Position numbers and translations under genes: made by a program. The notes under the pieces were generated by a model that was given only the letters and a program-made list of their open reading frames with translations, ran no database searches and was not told the origin of the DNA. A stretch of DNA of 64,000 bases from the NCBI RefSeq assembly GCF_018350175.1, contig NC_058368.1, positions 80,354,001 to 80,418,000 of the forward strand, written 5' to 3'. Source of the DNA: Felis catus. Its lineage: Eukaryota. Positions 1-11,390 of the stretch are shown here, one piece after another. Within the stretch, counting starts at the first letter, position 1, and every line of letters begins with the position of its first letter.

Positions 1-110
1 GGGGGGCGCCGGCGGGCGGGAGCTTTGCATTTTGCAGCGCTGGGCTCCGAGGGGGCGGGGGCTGGAGGAAGCGGAAAGCCGCGCCGAGTCGCCGGGGACC
101 TCGGTGAACC

Positions 111-246
111 ATGTTGAGCCCTGCCAACGGGGAGCAGATCCACCTGGTGAACTATGTGGAGGACTACCTGGACTCCATCGAGTCTCTGCCATTCGACCTG
201 CAGAGAAACGTCTCGCTGATGCGGGAGATCGACGCGAAATACCAAG
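111..246 (+). CDS. ING1: ING1 coding exon 1 of the p33ING1b-type isoform
   Basis: ATG at 111 encodes MLSPANGEQIHLVNYVEDYLDSIESLPFDLQRNVSLMREIDAKYQ, the ING1b N-terminus. The exon is 136 nt and ends in a phase-1 donor CAAG|GTACGG at 247. Confidence 0.97.
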
Positions 247-1354
247 GTACGGCGGGATGGATGGGCGGGGGCGGCCGCTCCATCCCCGCCGGTCGCGGCG
301 CGCCGCGGGGCCGCGGGCCGTCCTGTTCCCCGCCCGGAGGAGCCGCGGGCCCGCGGAGGTGGCCCCGGCCGGGCAGGAACAAAAGGTCTGGAGCGTCTTT
401 GATTCGCCAAGGTCCTTGTGCGCGAAGCCCGGACACGGAGGAGGAAGGAGGAACGAGAGGTCTCAATGCCAGGCTGCGCGAGCAAAGCGCTCTTTGTAGT
501 GAAGTGACGAGGCGGGGTGCTGCGGGGGAGGGGGCGCAGGGGGGCGCAGGCTAGGGCGCCGAGGGAGGGATGTGCCGCGGTAGCTGGGGCTGAGGGGCGC
601 AGCGACGGGGCTGCGCGCAGGGCTGCTGGGAGGGCGCTGCGGGCGGCGGGTCCCCTGCTCTGCTCGCCATCCCCGGAGCCACCCCCACCCAGTCCCGAAT
701 CTGAGTGTTATATAAAGTCCGGGGTCGGCACTCCGCGCGGTGTGGCCCCGGCCGCCTCCGCCCCCGCGCAGCCCCCCGGGCCTCCCGTGGAGCTGGACAC
801 CGAGTGAGGGCCGCCGTGCAGGGGGCGGCGCGGCCGGGTGTAGTTCGCTGAGGGCTAGGGCTTTATTCTGTGCGTGCGGTGGGGAAGGGGAGAGGAGGAG
901 AGGGAAGGGAAGGGAGGATGGGTCGAGGAAGTCGCCCATCTGTGCTCGGGGGGCGCGGGCAAAGATTGTCTGTTTGCAGAGGAACATGGCAGGGGAGAGG
1001 ACCTGTGGGTCGTTCTCTGCAGCCCCGGCTGCCCAGAGTTCCGGACAGAGGAGGAGGGTTCGTGTCCGCTGGGAATTGTTGGCTGTTGGGGAAACTTTCC
1101 TGCCAGGTCAGGCACGGCAGTGGGGGCTGCGTATGGGACGCGGATCGTCACTCGGAGTTTACTAATGTTTACAGGGCTGCGCAGCAGGGAAACGGAAGCG
1201 TGGGGGGGGGAGGTGGGAAGCAGCCGCACGCCCCGAAGCGCAACGGGCACCCCTGCGGGCATGGCGCCCCCTGCGCGCTCTAGCCGAGTCTCTGCTTCGC
1301 AGCGACTTTTATAGGGGTCTTATTAGCATATTGCGAACGTCCCGCTTTGGCCTC

Positions 1355-1790
1355 CCTATGATTGGTCTCGGCGTTCCCCATGGAATGTCCTTATCCATCC
1401 GCTGCTGAGTTATTGGTTGCTGCGCCGGAGGAGGGTGGGCATTGCGCAGTGACTGGCACGGGTCTCTGTTTCCGCTGCCTTCTTTTTTCTTCAGAGGGGC
1501 GGGGAGGAGGAGGGGGGTCGAGTTGATTTGAATGTCTTCGGGTCGCCCGGCCTCCGGCCTGGGATTGGCCATTGGCGCTGCTGGGGTGGGCCGTGTTCGT
1601 CGATCCTGTGCTGTGATTGGAGCCCCGCTCGGCCTCCGCCCTACGGCCCGGCGATCCCCACAGGCGGTGGCTCTCGGGGCGGGGCGCGACGCCCGCTGAC
1701 CGCCTCCTCATGGGCTGGGGGCCAGGCCCCGCCCCTGTCCCTCAGGGGCTCGAGCCTGGCCACTTCCGGCCGCGGAGCAATGGCGGCGTC
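1355..1790 (+). promoter_or_regulatory. Putative internal/alternative ING1 promoter
   Basis: Five ATTGG (inverted CCAAT) at 1361, 1412, 1564, 1571 and 1616. GC boxes at 1496, 1676 and 1726. ETS motif CACTTCCGG at 1761 and YY1-like AATGGCGGC at 1779. Confidence 0.6.
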
Positions 1791-1880
1791 CCGGTGCCGG
1801 GGCTGCAGAGGTTGCAGCTCAGGCCTCCCTCCCCGGGCCCGCCGATGGTCAAGGTCCGCGCGGAGCGGGGGAAGCGTGAG
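1380..1880 (+). pseudogene. Frame-disrupted homologue of the human p47ING1a-specific first exon
   Basis: MECPYPSAAELLVAAPEEGG...GLCFRCLLFS (1380-1526, ending in TGA), then after a +1 shift GRVDLNVFGSPGLRPGIGHWRCWGGPCSS...AIPTGGGSRG. This resembles the recalled human ING1a N-terminus. Confidence 0.7.
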
Positions 1881-2924
1881 GGGACAGGGGCCGGGCGCAG
1901 GGCGAGCCGGGACGGCGACTCGGTGCAGAGGTCAAAGGGAGTCGTTGTCGCCCTCACCGTCCGTTAGCGCCTACAGGAAATTTCAAGATGACAGTGTTTG
2001 TGAATTCATCTAGCATCCCCTCGAAGTTACTTTGTTGCTGCTTCGGGACCAGGTGTCTCCAGTGGAGCCTGCACCCGCGGCGGGGCTGGTTGCTCCTGCG
2101 GGGAAGACGGCGTGCCCGCGGGCAGCCGGTGCCGCCGAGTGAGCTGCGGGTAATGGTCACCCCTCGCCTGGGGGCTCCGCTGTGCATGTGGGGGTATGCG
2201 CCGTACGTGGGAACACTCGGGCTTTTCGTTCGAAGGGCCTGTGTTGCGGGTCAGACTTGCTTAGTACGCATCAACTGGAGATTACTTCATAAAGATGGGC
2301 TATAATTAGTTTACCAATTTTAAATGTTATTTGAGGTTATGCTTGGATTATTGAATTCAAACTTATTTTTGCGTTATGTTTCAAGTATTTTAAAAATACC
2401 CACCTCGCAATGGAAGTCAGCTTCATAAAGAACACCAGTGCAGCCTTTTATACATTGGCCAGATCACATTAAATTTTGCTACAGTCTCACTTAATCCTTA
2501 AATTCTTAACGTGGTACCATTGCTTGCCTACAGTGATGTTGGTGTGGAGCGTTTCAGAAGGAAGGTCAGCAGCAGTTTGAGCTGGTGGAACTGAAGAAGC
2601 TCCTGAAAGTGTCCTGGCAGGGCGCCCGCGCAGTTAGAACTGGTGGTGGTCTTGTTACAGTGTGTACTTAACTGGCTTTGCTGATGGAACGGTGTGCTTG
2701 GAGAGTCTCAGAAATTAAGCCATTGTGTAGGGAACAGAATTACTTCTTGGTAATTTTGTGATGTCATTTTTGTTTCTTTCCCAAGACTGAGGCCTCACAT
2801 GGATATAAGTTTGCTTGTGATATAAAAGAAACCATACCTTACTGAATTTAATATTAGCAATAAGATAAAATCTTTCTCTCTTCTATCAAAGAGTAACATT
2901 GTCGTTAGAAATTTGGTTACTTGA

Positions 2925-3113
2925 GGGGCACCTGAGTGGCTTGGTTGGTTGGTTAAGCATCTAACTCTGAATTGGTGGCTCAGGTTCATCTGAAGGTTGG
3001 TGAGTTCAAGCCCTGTGTACAGTTCTGCGCTGACAGTGCTGACTGTCCTTGGGATTCTCTCCCTGACTCCCCCGCTTGCTCTCTCTCAAAATAAACTTAA
3101 AAAAAAAAAAAAA
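2925..3113 (+). mobile_element. Can-SINE (SINEC)
   Basis: GGGGCACCTG head, CT tract and A tail. TSD GGTTACTTGA at 2915 and 3114. Confidence 0.9.
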
Positions 3114-3325
3114 GGTTACTTGATTAAACCAGATAATAGTTTTGTAATGTGCAATCAATTTAAAAATACGTTGCAGAAACTCATATTTTAATATCTATGA
3201 AATAGAACTTAGATACCTTGAGCCTATTTTCAGAATTACTCTAAGACGCTATGAGACTGTGGCATTTCTCCTTTCTGGTGGCAGATAGTCTACGTTGTTC
3301 AATTAGGAAGTATCTTCAGAGCTCT

Positions 3326-3513
3326 CTTTTTTGTTTTCTTTATTTTTGAGAGAGAGAAAGAGAACATGGGGGAGAGAGAATCCTAAGCAGACTCCACACT
3401 GTCAGTGTCGGCGCAGAGCCTGATGTAGAGCTTGAATTCAGGAACCTTGAGATCATGACCTGAGCTGAAATCCAGAGTTCAGTACTTAATGGAATGAGCC
3501 ACCCAGGCACCCC
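3326..3513 (-). mobile_element. Can-SINE (SINEC)
   Basis: Antisense copy ending GAGCCACCCAGGCACCCC. Confidence 0.88.
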
Positions 3514-3770
3514 AGAATACTTACATTTAGGTAAGCTTCAGGGTTGGCTTAAGTGCCTGTGTTTATTTCAGTGTTAGGTTTATGCCTTATAACTATTTGA
3601 AGATAAGATCTGGAACCCGTGCAGGTTACATTTTATACATCACCGACCGCTCCCCCGCCCCCCTCACCACCGGCCCCATACATACACATACTTCCTGGTT
3701 GGAGAGTAGAATTGCATTATTTTAAGAGACTACAGAGGGCTTCAGGGAAAAAAAAATCTGATACTATTTA

Positions 3771-3867
3771 TTGATATTTAATAATCTCTACACCCATCAT
3801 GGGGCTGGAACTCACAACCCTGAGAGATCAAGATTTGTGTGCTCTTCCGACTAAGCCACGTGCCCCT
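3771..3867 (-). mobile_element. Short, older carnivore tRNA-derived SINE
   Basis: TAATCTCTACACCC...GAACTCACAACCCTGAG-GATCAAGA pattern. Confidence 0.7.
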
Positions 3868-4059
3868 GATTCTATTTAGATTTGTTACTGTTTGGGGAAA
3901 ATAACTGGGAATTTCTATTTGTATTTCAATAGCTTTTGGCAAGAATATTTACTTTATTTCGATCAAGATAATTTAACAACTTTTATTTCTTGGGAAATTT
4001 CCTAATTTTCCCAAGTTACATTTTCCAATCATATAGTGTCTGTACAGAGTTTTTGGGGC

Positions 4060-4184
4060 TTTTTGTTTTTTTGTTTTGTAATATTTTATTTTTAAGTAAT
4101 CTCTATACCCAATGTGGGGCTTGAACTCGCAACCCTAAAATCAAGAGTCACATGCTCTACAGACTGAGCCAGCCAGGCATCCCC
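4060..4184 (-). mobile_element. Short, older carnivore tRNA-derived SINE
   Basis: AAGTAATCTCTATACCCAATGTGGGGCTTGAACTC...GAGCCAGCCAGGCATCCCC. Confidence 0.78.
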
Positions 4185-4929
4185 TGTACAAGGTTTAAAT
4201 AGAGTACTGAGGGTTTTTGTTTTTGGTAATGTTTTAAAATCTGTTTGTTTTTATAGATATGAATGTATATTGTCTTAAGCAGTAAATGCGAAAGCAAAAT
4301 GTGACACCCTTGTTTCAAAGCAAAGCTAGGTTGTTGGGCTTTATTGTGACAAGCCATTCTTGTTTTCAGTAAATACGGAGGAATAACGTGGTAGGAGGAG
4401 AAAGATGTGACTGATAAACTGAGGCTCTGGGTCACTGGGTACTATTTATATACATTCTCTAATAGGGTATTCTAGACATCGGTACATTAAAATGAAGGAA
4501 ATACAGGCCTTTAAGTTAGAAGAATATTTGAATAAAATAATGGAAATATAGGACATAAATCATTAATTTTATAGAAAATAAAAGTTTGGGTGCCAGCACT
4601 TCACCTAAATTTAAACTTTTCCTTGTCATTGCCCATTCTGAGAAACGTTCCCCATGCTTCCGAATGCACAGAGCCCCCTGGGGGGCTCTGAGCAGCACCT
4701 AGCTGAACCGGAACGGTGTTGGCATCTGTATTTTAGTTCCAGGGATTTTTTTCAATAGAGAAAAATGGTGCCCCCTCAAAAGACCTGTAGGTTGCAGGAT
4801 TTTCATCCTAGGAAATCTTGCAGCGATCGTTTCTGTGTTTCGCCATTGCTTTCTCCTAGACTGGAGAATCAAATAAAAGGTTCAGCAGTGTTTGTGGCAT
4901 GGGTGTAATGCTTCTTTTTCCCTCTGCAG

Positions 4930-5633
4930 AAATCCTAAAGGAGCTGGATGAGTACTATGAGAAATTTAAACGTGAGACAGACGGTGTCCAGAAGAGGAGA
5001 GTGTTACATTGCATTCAGAGAGCCCTGATTCGGAGCCAGGAGCTCGGGGACGAGAAGATCCAGATCGTGAGTCAGATGGTGGAGCTGGTGGAGAACCGGA
5101 CCAGGCAGGTGGACAGTCACGTGGAGCTCTTTGAGGCCCACCAGGAGGTCAATGACACCACTGGCCACAGTGGCAAAGCCGGCCAGGATAAGTCCAAGAG
5201 CGAGACCGTCACGCAGGCGGAAAAGACCAACAGCAAGAGGTCCCGGCGGCAGCGCAACAACGAGAACCGGGAAAACGCGGCCAATCATCACGACCACGAT
5301 GATGTCACCTCGGGAACGCCCAAGGAGAAGAAGGCGAAAGCCTCCAAGAAGAAGAAGCGCTCCAAGGCCAAAGCCGAGAGGGAGGCGTCCCCTGCAGACC
5401 TTCCCATCGACCCGAACGAGCCCACGTACTGTCTGTGCAATCAGGTCTCCTATGGAGAAATGATCGGCTGCGACAATGACGAGTGCCCCATCGAGTGGTT
5501 CCACTTCTCCTGCGTGGGGCTGAATCATAAACCAAAGGGCAAGTGGTACTGTCCCAAGTGTCGAGGGGAGAATGAGAAAACCATGGACAAGGCCCTGGAG
5601 AAATCCAAAAAGGAGCGGGCTTACAACAGGTAG
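4930..5633 (+). CDS. ING1: ING1 coding exon 2 (ING domain, basic NLS region, PHD finger, polybasic tail)
   Basis: Polypyrimidine tract plus TGCAG acceptor ending at 4929. G+AA restores Glu46. 136+704=840 nt = 279 aa + TAG. PHD finger [45 protein letters not shown] and C-terminal KKERAYNR are present. Confidence 0.98.
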
Positions 5634-6635
5634 TTGGCGGAGCTGGGCCCGCAGGGAGGAGAGCACCACGAGCCCGTGTGTTCCACCACCGCCCGCGCTG
5701 ACGTGCCAGACGGTCCCATGTGTATTTTTAAAGGATGTTGGGAAAGGAGCTGTTCCTTTTGTCGGGATGGCCGGGATTCTCTGCCTTTTGTTTTCATTGC
5801 TACACACGTGTAACCAGAGAGTGGTCTGTGGATCAACATTTTAGAAACTCCAAATATAGGTTTGAATTAAACACTCAAGTGAGTCTCAGACTGATTTGTT
5901 TTTTGTTTTTGGTTGGCTGGGCTGGGGGTGGCCTGGAAGCAACCTAACGCAGTAAATGTGGAAAGATTTCACGTAGCTGCTATTTCAATAAAAATAATGT
6001 CATCACTTCATGAGTATGTTGAAAAAAATTAGCCGAATTGCTACAAACATAGCCCGTAGCAAATCTGTTTCTTGCTCTAATAATGTCTGTCCATCTAACA
6101 ATTCAATATAAAGGTTTAAAATTTGAAGATTATTTTGTAGAAAAGGAAATGGTTTAAGTTTTACATGGCAAACATCTTATATACTGGCTTGTTCCCCAAG
6201 TGGCCATTTTTTAAGTGATCGGACATATTTTTCATGAAACCACATGGAAGAGGCTTGGTCATGGAACTTCGAATCACTCTGTGCCATCACACACCCCAGT
6301 GTGGCCATACTCATTTACATAAGGCGCGTAAATGTGCATTTCCAAGCGACCCTGCGCTTGTCCCACGGTCATCGAATGCCACTGTAGGACTAAGGTGTGT
6401 TTCCTGTGTATGCACGAGAGCTGTGCAGACGCGAGGTCGAGAGATAAATTTGGTCTCTTTGCTCCTCTAGCAGGATATTTAATTTGGATGGAAGTAATCT
6501 TTAAACTTTTGTTTTACAAATTTGTATACCAGGAGTTTAGACAAAGCCTTAAGCAAGTTCTTTTGTCGTTCTTAATAACGAAGTAGAAGTTATCTAATTG
6601 CCAGCAAATAAATGTCAAAGCAGAATATATATGTA
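5634..6635 (+). other. ING1: ING1 3' UTR with candidate poly(A) signals
   Basis: Repeat-free AT-rich sequence after the stop codon, with AATAAA at 5987-5992 and 6607-6612. Confidence 0.65.
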
Positions 6636-6638
6636 GAC

Positions 6639-6957
6639 CAGAGGGTGGGAAATACTGCCCATAAGCCAAATCCACTTTGCCACCTGTTTTTGTAGGGCCC
6701 GTGAGCCAAGAATGAGCTTTATATTGTTAAATGGTTAAAAAAAAAATCCTGTTTTATGATACACGAAAATTATAAAATTCAGATTTTAGTGTCCATAAAT
6801 AAAGTTTTATTGGCACACAGCCATTCTCATCCGCTTAAGCATCGTCTGTGGCTGCTTTTGTACGATGGCAGAGTTGTTTGCAACGGAGACCAAATGGCCC
6901 ACGAAGCTGATATTACTTATTTTCTGGCCCTGTGCTCAAGAGGTTTGCTGATTTCGG
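6639..6957 (+). mobile_element. MER58B-like hAT-Charlie non-autonomous DNA transposon
   Basis: Contains the hallmark TGTCCATAAATAAAGTTTTATTGG-ACACAGCC core and has a perfect 8-bp TSD ATGTAGAC at 6631-6638 and 6958-6965. Confidence 0.85.
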
Positions 6958-7329
6958 ATGTAGACCAACTTCATTTATAGGGGATAATATGGTTCACATT
7001 TCTAAGCGGTAAGTGGAGAAGAGAATTTGTTTCTTTCGTATAGTCTGCCTTGTAGCCGCTTATGAAGCTGTCACAAGGAAGAACTGAGTGGCCGCTGGAG
7101 CACGCAGGGCTCTGGGTAAACACTAGGTTGTTTTCTGAGTGTTTACTTCATTTGATGAACACCGAGAACATTATCTGTGCCAGATGGAAATCCCTCAGTG
7201 TTTTACAGTGAATCCCTGTCATAGAGAACTGTCTGGTGAAGAAATGCGAATTGCAGTTGATTATACCTTCAAATGTGACCTTTTTGCATATCAGGATCTA
7301 CAAGAAGGCAAAACTTCAAAAACATTTAA

Positions 7330-7528
7330 GAAATTTTTTTTTAACATTTACTTATTTTGGGGGAGAGTGTGAGTGGGGGAGGGGCAGAAAGAGGGGGACA
7401 GAGGATCTGAAGCAGGCTCTGCACTGACAGGCTGTCAGCACAGAGCCCATCATGAGGCTCAAACCCACGGACCGCAAGATTGTGACCTGAGCTGAAGTCG
7501 GGTGCTCGACTGAGCCACCCGGGTGCCC
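7330..7528 (-). mobile_element. Can-SINE (SINEC_Fc-type)
   Basis: Antisense consensus match. Confidence 0.88.
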
Positions 7529-8299
7529 TTTAAGAATCTTCTTGAGTGTTAAGATTAACCTAGACAAATAATAAAAAGCTAAGATACTTGATTAGCAGTC
7601 CAGTGGCAATAAAAGTAGTTCAAAAGAATCTTTCCTTCTAGAAAATTCCATTTGCTTTTTCTACTTCTAATTAGAGCTAACACTGAAAATGAAATTATGG
7701 GAGTTAAGATTGAATAGAACACAGTTGCTAATACTGGATTTCTTCATATTTATACAGTTCTGGTGTATGTAAAAGGCTGTGGTAGAGACACAGACACAGA
7801 AGCTAAACTTTGCTGGGTTTAAACCCATCTTTGTCCGTTAGGGGTTTGATCTTGAATAAATAACTCCATCCACGGGTCACTTTTAAAACCCCTATTTCAT
7901 AAAAGGTGCCTCTGAGAAATAAATCAGGGTAAGTGGATAAGACAAATGCTGGGTATTTTTCCCCTACCTTTGATGAAGTTTCCCATAAGGACAAAAGCCT
8001 AGGCGTTTTTTCCTAAAAATATGGAACGTTACAGAAGCAGATTCTGTTGGATTTGATGGTCTAGGAAGATTTTGTTGACTTAGTGATCTTTAAATCCCTC
8101 TTATTATTTCCAGTGAACAGTAAAATCACACATGAGTACTCAGCACGTCAAGCTTTAGGCTTTAGGTCACGATTAGATACAGTAGAAAAATGGAGGTGGC
8201 CCTGGGAAACACTGCAAGGGGGCCAGAGTCTGTGAAAATAGATGAATGCCAGGCTAGCTAACGTGGAACGGCTGCTTAGATTTCTTTGTTTATAAAAGA

Positions 8300-8620
8300 G
8301 TTTTTAAATTAAGGTACAACTGACCTGTAACGTTTTAGTTTCAGAGGTACACGATAACTCATTTCTATGTATTATGAAGTCGTCACAGTAAGCCTAGTTA
8401 ACCTGTCACTACAGTTACACTTTTTTTGTTTAAACTTGTTGATAAGGACTTTATTTAAAGATTCACTCTCTTAGCAACTTTCAAATGTGCAATACAGTAT
8501 TATTAACTGTGGTCATCCTGCTGTACTCCTATCCCTGGCATATTTTACAATTGGAAGTTTGTATCTTTTGACCCCCTCACCCGTTTTGCCCATGCCTGCT
8601 CTGGCAGCCATCCATTGTTT
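8300..8620 (-). mobile_element. L1 3' UTR fragment (L1MA9/L1_Carn-like)
   Basis: ACTCTCTTAGCAACTTTCAAAT...AATACAGTATTATTAACT...GGAAGTTTGTA motif. Confidence 0.75.
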
Positions 8621-8711
8621 GTATTTAATAACTGAGTTACTACGCTTCACATAAACAGTCTAAACTTTGCAGAATGAATACCTCTTTTTATTTATTTACT
8701 TTTAAACAAGT

Positions 8712-8888
8712 CTTTTTTTTTTTTTTTAAGTTTATTCATTTTGAGAGAGAGAGGGAGAGAGAGTCCCAGGCAGGCTCCACACCATCAGCACAGAGCCCAA
8801 TGTGGGGCTTAAACCCATAAAGCCATGAGACCATGACCTGAGCCGAAACTGAGTCAGACGCTCAACCGACCGAGCCCCGAGGTGCCCC
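8712..8888 (-). mobile_element. Can-SINE
   Basis: T tail, GA tract and antisense head. Confidence 0.88.
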
Positions 8889-9296
8889 GATAGAATGCTT
8901 CATTTTAACCTGGACTGAGGACCTTGGTTCATCCAGGTAACCGGTGTGTACTGACAGCCGTGGCATGGCTTTCTTGGGGCACAGGAGCCTGCGTCCCCGT
9001 CCTGAGAAGGAACACCGCAGTGGCAGGACCCACAGGCCACCCACGCAGACGACACTGGGGTGTGCTGGTCTCTGTACCCAAGGCTGTAAAAGGCTGCAAG
9101 TGCTGACGTAATAACGCGTGTACCAACATAAAAGGCATGGTCTTACTATCTACCTACTTTGGAAAGAATGGATGTTTACTCGTAACATCCTTTTGTATCT
9201 CATGTTCATAGTGTTCCAGAATGTATTAAGGTATTAAACCTCGTTAGGCAGAGTTACAAACATTTTGTTCATGCACTATTTAAAGACATGATGTGA

Positions 9297-9512
9297 GGGG
9301 CACCTGGGTGGCTCAGTCGGTTAAGCGGCCGACTTCGGCTCAGGTCATGATCTCGCGGTCTGTGAGTTCTGGCCCCGTGTCGGGCTCTGTGCTGACAGCT
9401 CAAAGCCTGGAGCCTGTTTCAGATTCTGTGTCTCCCTCTCTCTCTGCCCCTCCCCTGTTCATGCTCTGTCTCTGTCTCAAAAATAAATAAATGTTAAAAA
9501 GTTTAAAAAAAA
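9297..9512 (+). mobile_element. Full-length SINEC_Fc-type SINE
   Basis: Near-consensus sequence with a 15-bp TSD TAAAGACATGATGTG at 9281 and 9513. Confidence 0.95.
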
Positions 9513-10060
9513 TAAAGACATGATGTGTTTTTTTTGCAGGAGACCAGCCTTTCTGCACTGTCTAAAGGAATTGCTGATTGCTTGCGATCACTACATTTAC
9601 GGAACGAGGTCTCGTGGCTGTCGGTCTCCCGCTGTTTCAGCTTGAGCTCTTTAGTCTTGGGGCCCAGGTGCTTTTAAGCAATTTGGCAGGTAGACTTCTG
9701 GGTTCGTTTAATCTGGAGAACTGGCTAGTCATCATTTACTGCTGTTGAACTCGTGTTCTCCTTACCCTCCGTCTGCAAGTGTGTGGAGGGCTCGGGGTGG
9801 GAACAGCAGGAGAGAGGTCCGTCACGTACGAAAAGGGCCTCTTTAGGGTTTTGTGGGGGCTTTGTTTCCCTCACAGACCAAACGCTAGTGTGCTGTGTCT
9901 CGCTCCCCCAACCCACCAAAAAAGGACAACAAATACATGGTTTTAACTGGAATGAAGGAAAGCATTACGTCACTTCTCTTGCCTCAAATACTTTGTATTA
10001 CCTGATTTTGTTCATAAAGATGGGGTCGATGCTTTCTCAACTTAAAATCCCTACTTAGAA

Positions 10061-10220
10061 GGGCAACTGGGTGGCTCGGTTGGTTAGGTGTCCAACTCTT
10101 GATCTCAGCTCAGGTCGTGAGCTCGAGCCCCATGTCAGGCTCTGCTGACAGCGTAGAGCCTGCTTGGAAATCGCTGTGTCTGCCCCTACCCCCCACTTGT
10201 AATGAATAAATAAAACAGAG
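10061..10220 (+). mobile_element. Degenerate Can-SINE
   Basis: Recognisable head and A-rich tail, flanked by AAATCC(C/T)TACTTA. Confidence 0.8.
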
Positions 10221-11176
10221 AAATCCTTACTTAAAAAGTCCCTGCAAACAGCAACTGGCTAAGTCTTGATTTGTGCCATTCGGTGCTTCATTTTAAACCA
10301 GAGTTTTCTTACTAAACAAGAAAATGTCAGGTTTGAGTCAACCTTAAATTATTCAGCCAACATATAAAAGTAACAGCCACCATGTATCGTCTGCGTGTGC
10401 AGGCACTATGTATACTGTATGTTAAATCTTCCCAACAGCCCTGCCTGGGAAGACGTTAGTGTTCCCGGAGAGGATGCCACGACCTGGCGGGGGGGCCCAC
10501 ATGTGGCTGCAAAGCCTGTATCCTCTTAGCCACCATCCTGCACAGGAGATGCACCAGGTGGCAGGCCATGACACCGTTGGCCCAAAGTAACTGACGTCAG
10601 GAGTGGAACCAGGTGTCTACAGTGGTCTCGTCTCTGTCCTCGCTTCCCGGTGTGGTAGGGAATTACCCTCGGTTTATGACCACAAAAACAAGAAGACCCA
10701 AGAAACTCACGTGGTCTAGGAGTAGAGCCGGAATAGGACATCAGGGTGGTCAGCCTGGGGTCTTCGTGGCTGGGCTTCTTACGGAAAGGAAAGACTGATG
10801 CTGCCGAGCGCAGCACACACAGGCTTTCCCTCCAGGTGCACCTGCACCTTGTTCTCACATGCTTCCTGCCTCGCCTCGTAGTCAGTTTTAGGATTGCATT
10901 TCACCCCTAAGACTTTATGCAATTTACCAGGTGCAGAATGATATGTGAAGTCAGAAGGTCTGAATCGGGACTGGCGGACCAGTACAGCCTACCTTGGGGA
11001 GGTCAGTTTTCTTGCCCAGCATCCTCCTAGACAACTCCGTGACCGTGCGTGTCCCGCAGTCCGGGGATGAGCCCAGCTAATGTGCGGAACCACTCTAAGG
11101 ATGCTGAATCCTACACAATTCTGGTCCATTGTTGATCATTCCAGTTAACAGATGTGTTCTGGAAAATGGAGTTGAG

Positions 11177-11390
11177 GGGCACCTGGGTGGCTCGGTTAAG
11201 CGTCTGACTTTGGCTCAGGTCGTGATCTCATGGTTCGTGGGTTCGAGCCCCGCGTCAGGCTCTGTGCTGACAGCTCGGAGCCTGGAGCCTGCTTCAGATT
11301 CTGTGTCTCCCTCTCTCTGCCCCTCCCCCACTCATGCTCGCGCGCTCTCTCTCTCTCTCTCTCAAAAATAAGTAAACATTAAACAAAAAA
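11177..11390 (+). mobile_element. SINEC_Fc-type SINE
   Basis: Consensus match with TSD AAAATGGA(G/A)TTGAG. Confidence 0.92.

Larger units (their letters stand above)
1..2230. promoter_or_regulatory. CpG island over the ING1 promoter, exon 1 and proximal intron 1
   Basis: Very GC-rich with dense CpG and GC boxes (e.g. GGGGCGGGG near 52-60), then an abrupt change to AT-rich DNA after ~2.3 kb. Confidence 0.9.

Noticed and set aside
247..1320. Many overlapping 100-170 aa ORFs in the CpG island
   Set aside because: G/A/R/P-rich and stop-poor because of GC content, with no family resemblance.
4899..4929. In-frame upstream ATG giving a 244-aa single-exon ING1
   Set aside because: The extra residues ([10 protein letters not shown]) are the intron's polypyrimidine tract and acceptor. 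Splicing to exon 1 gives the expected 279 aa.
5004..5807. 267-aa antisense ORF
   Set aside because: Shadow of the GC3-rich ING1 exon 2, with no recognisable domain.
9293..9490. Recurring short ORFs such as WVAQSVKRPTSAQVMIS... across the window
   Set aside because: Translations of Can-SINEs, not genes. The tRNA-like heads are SINE-derived, not tRNA genes.
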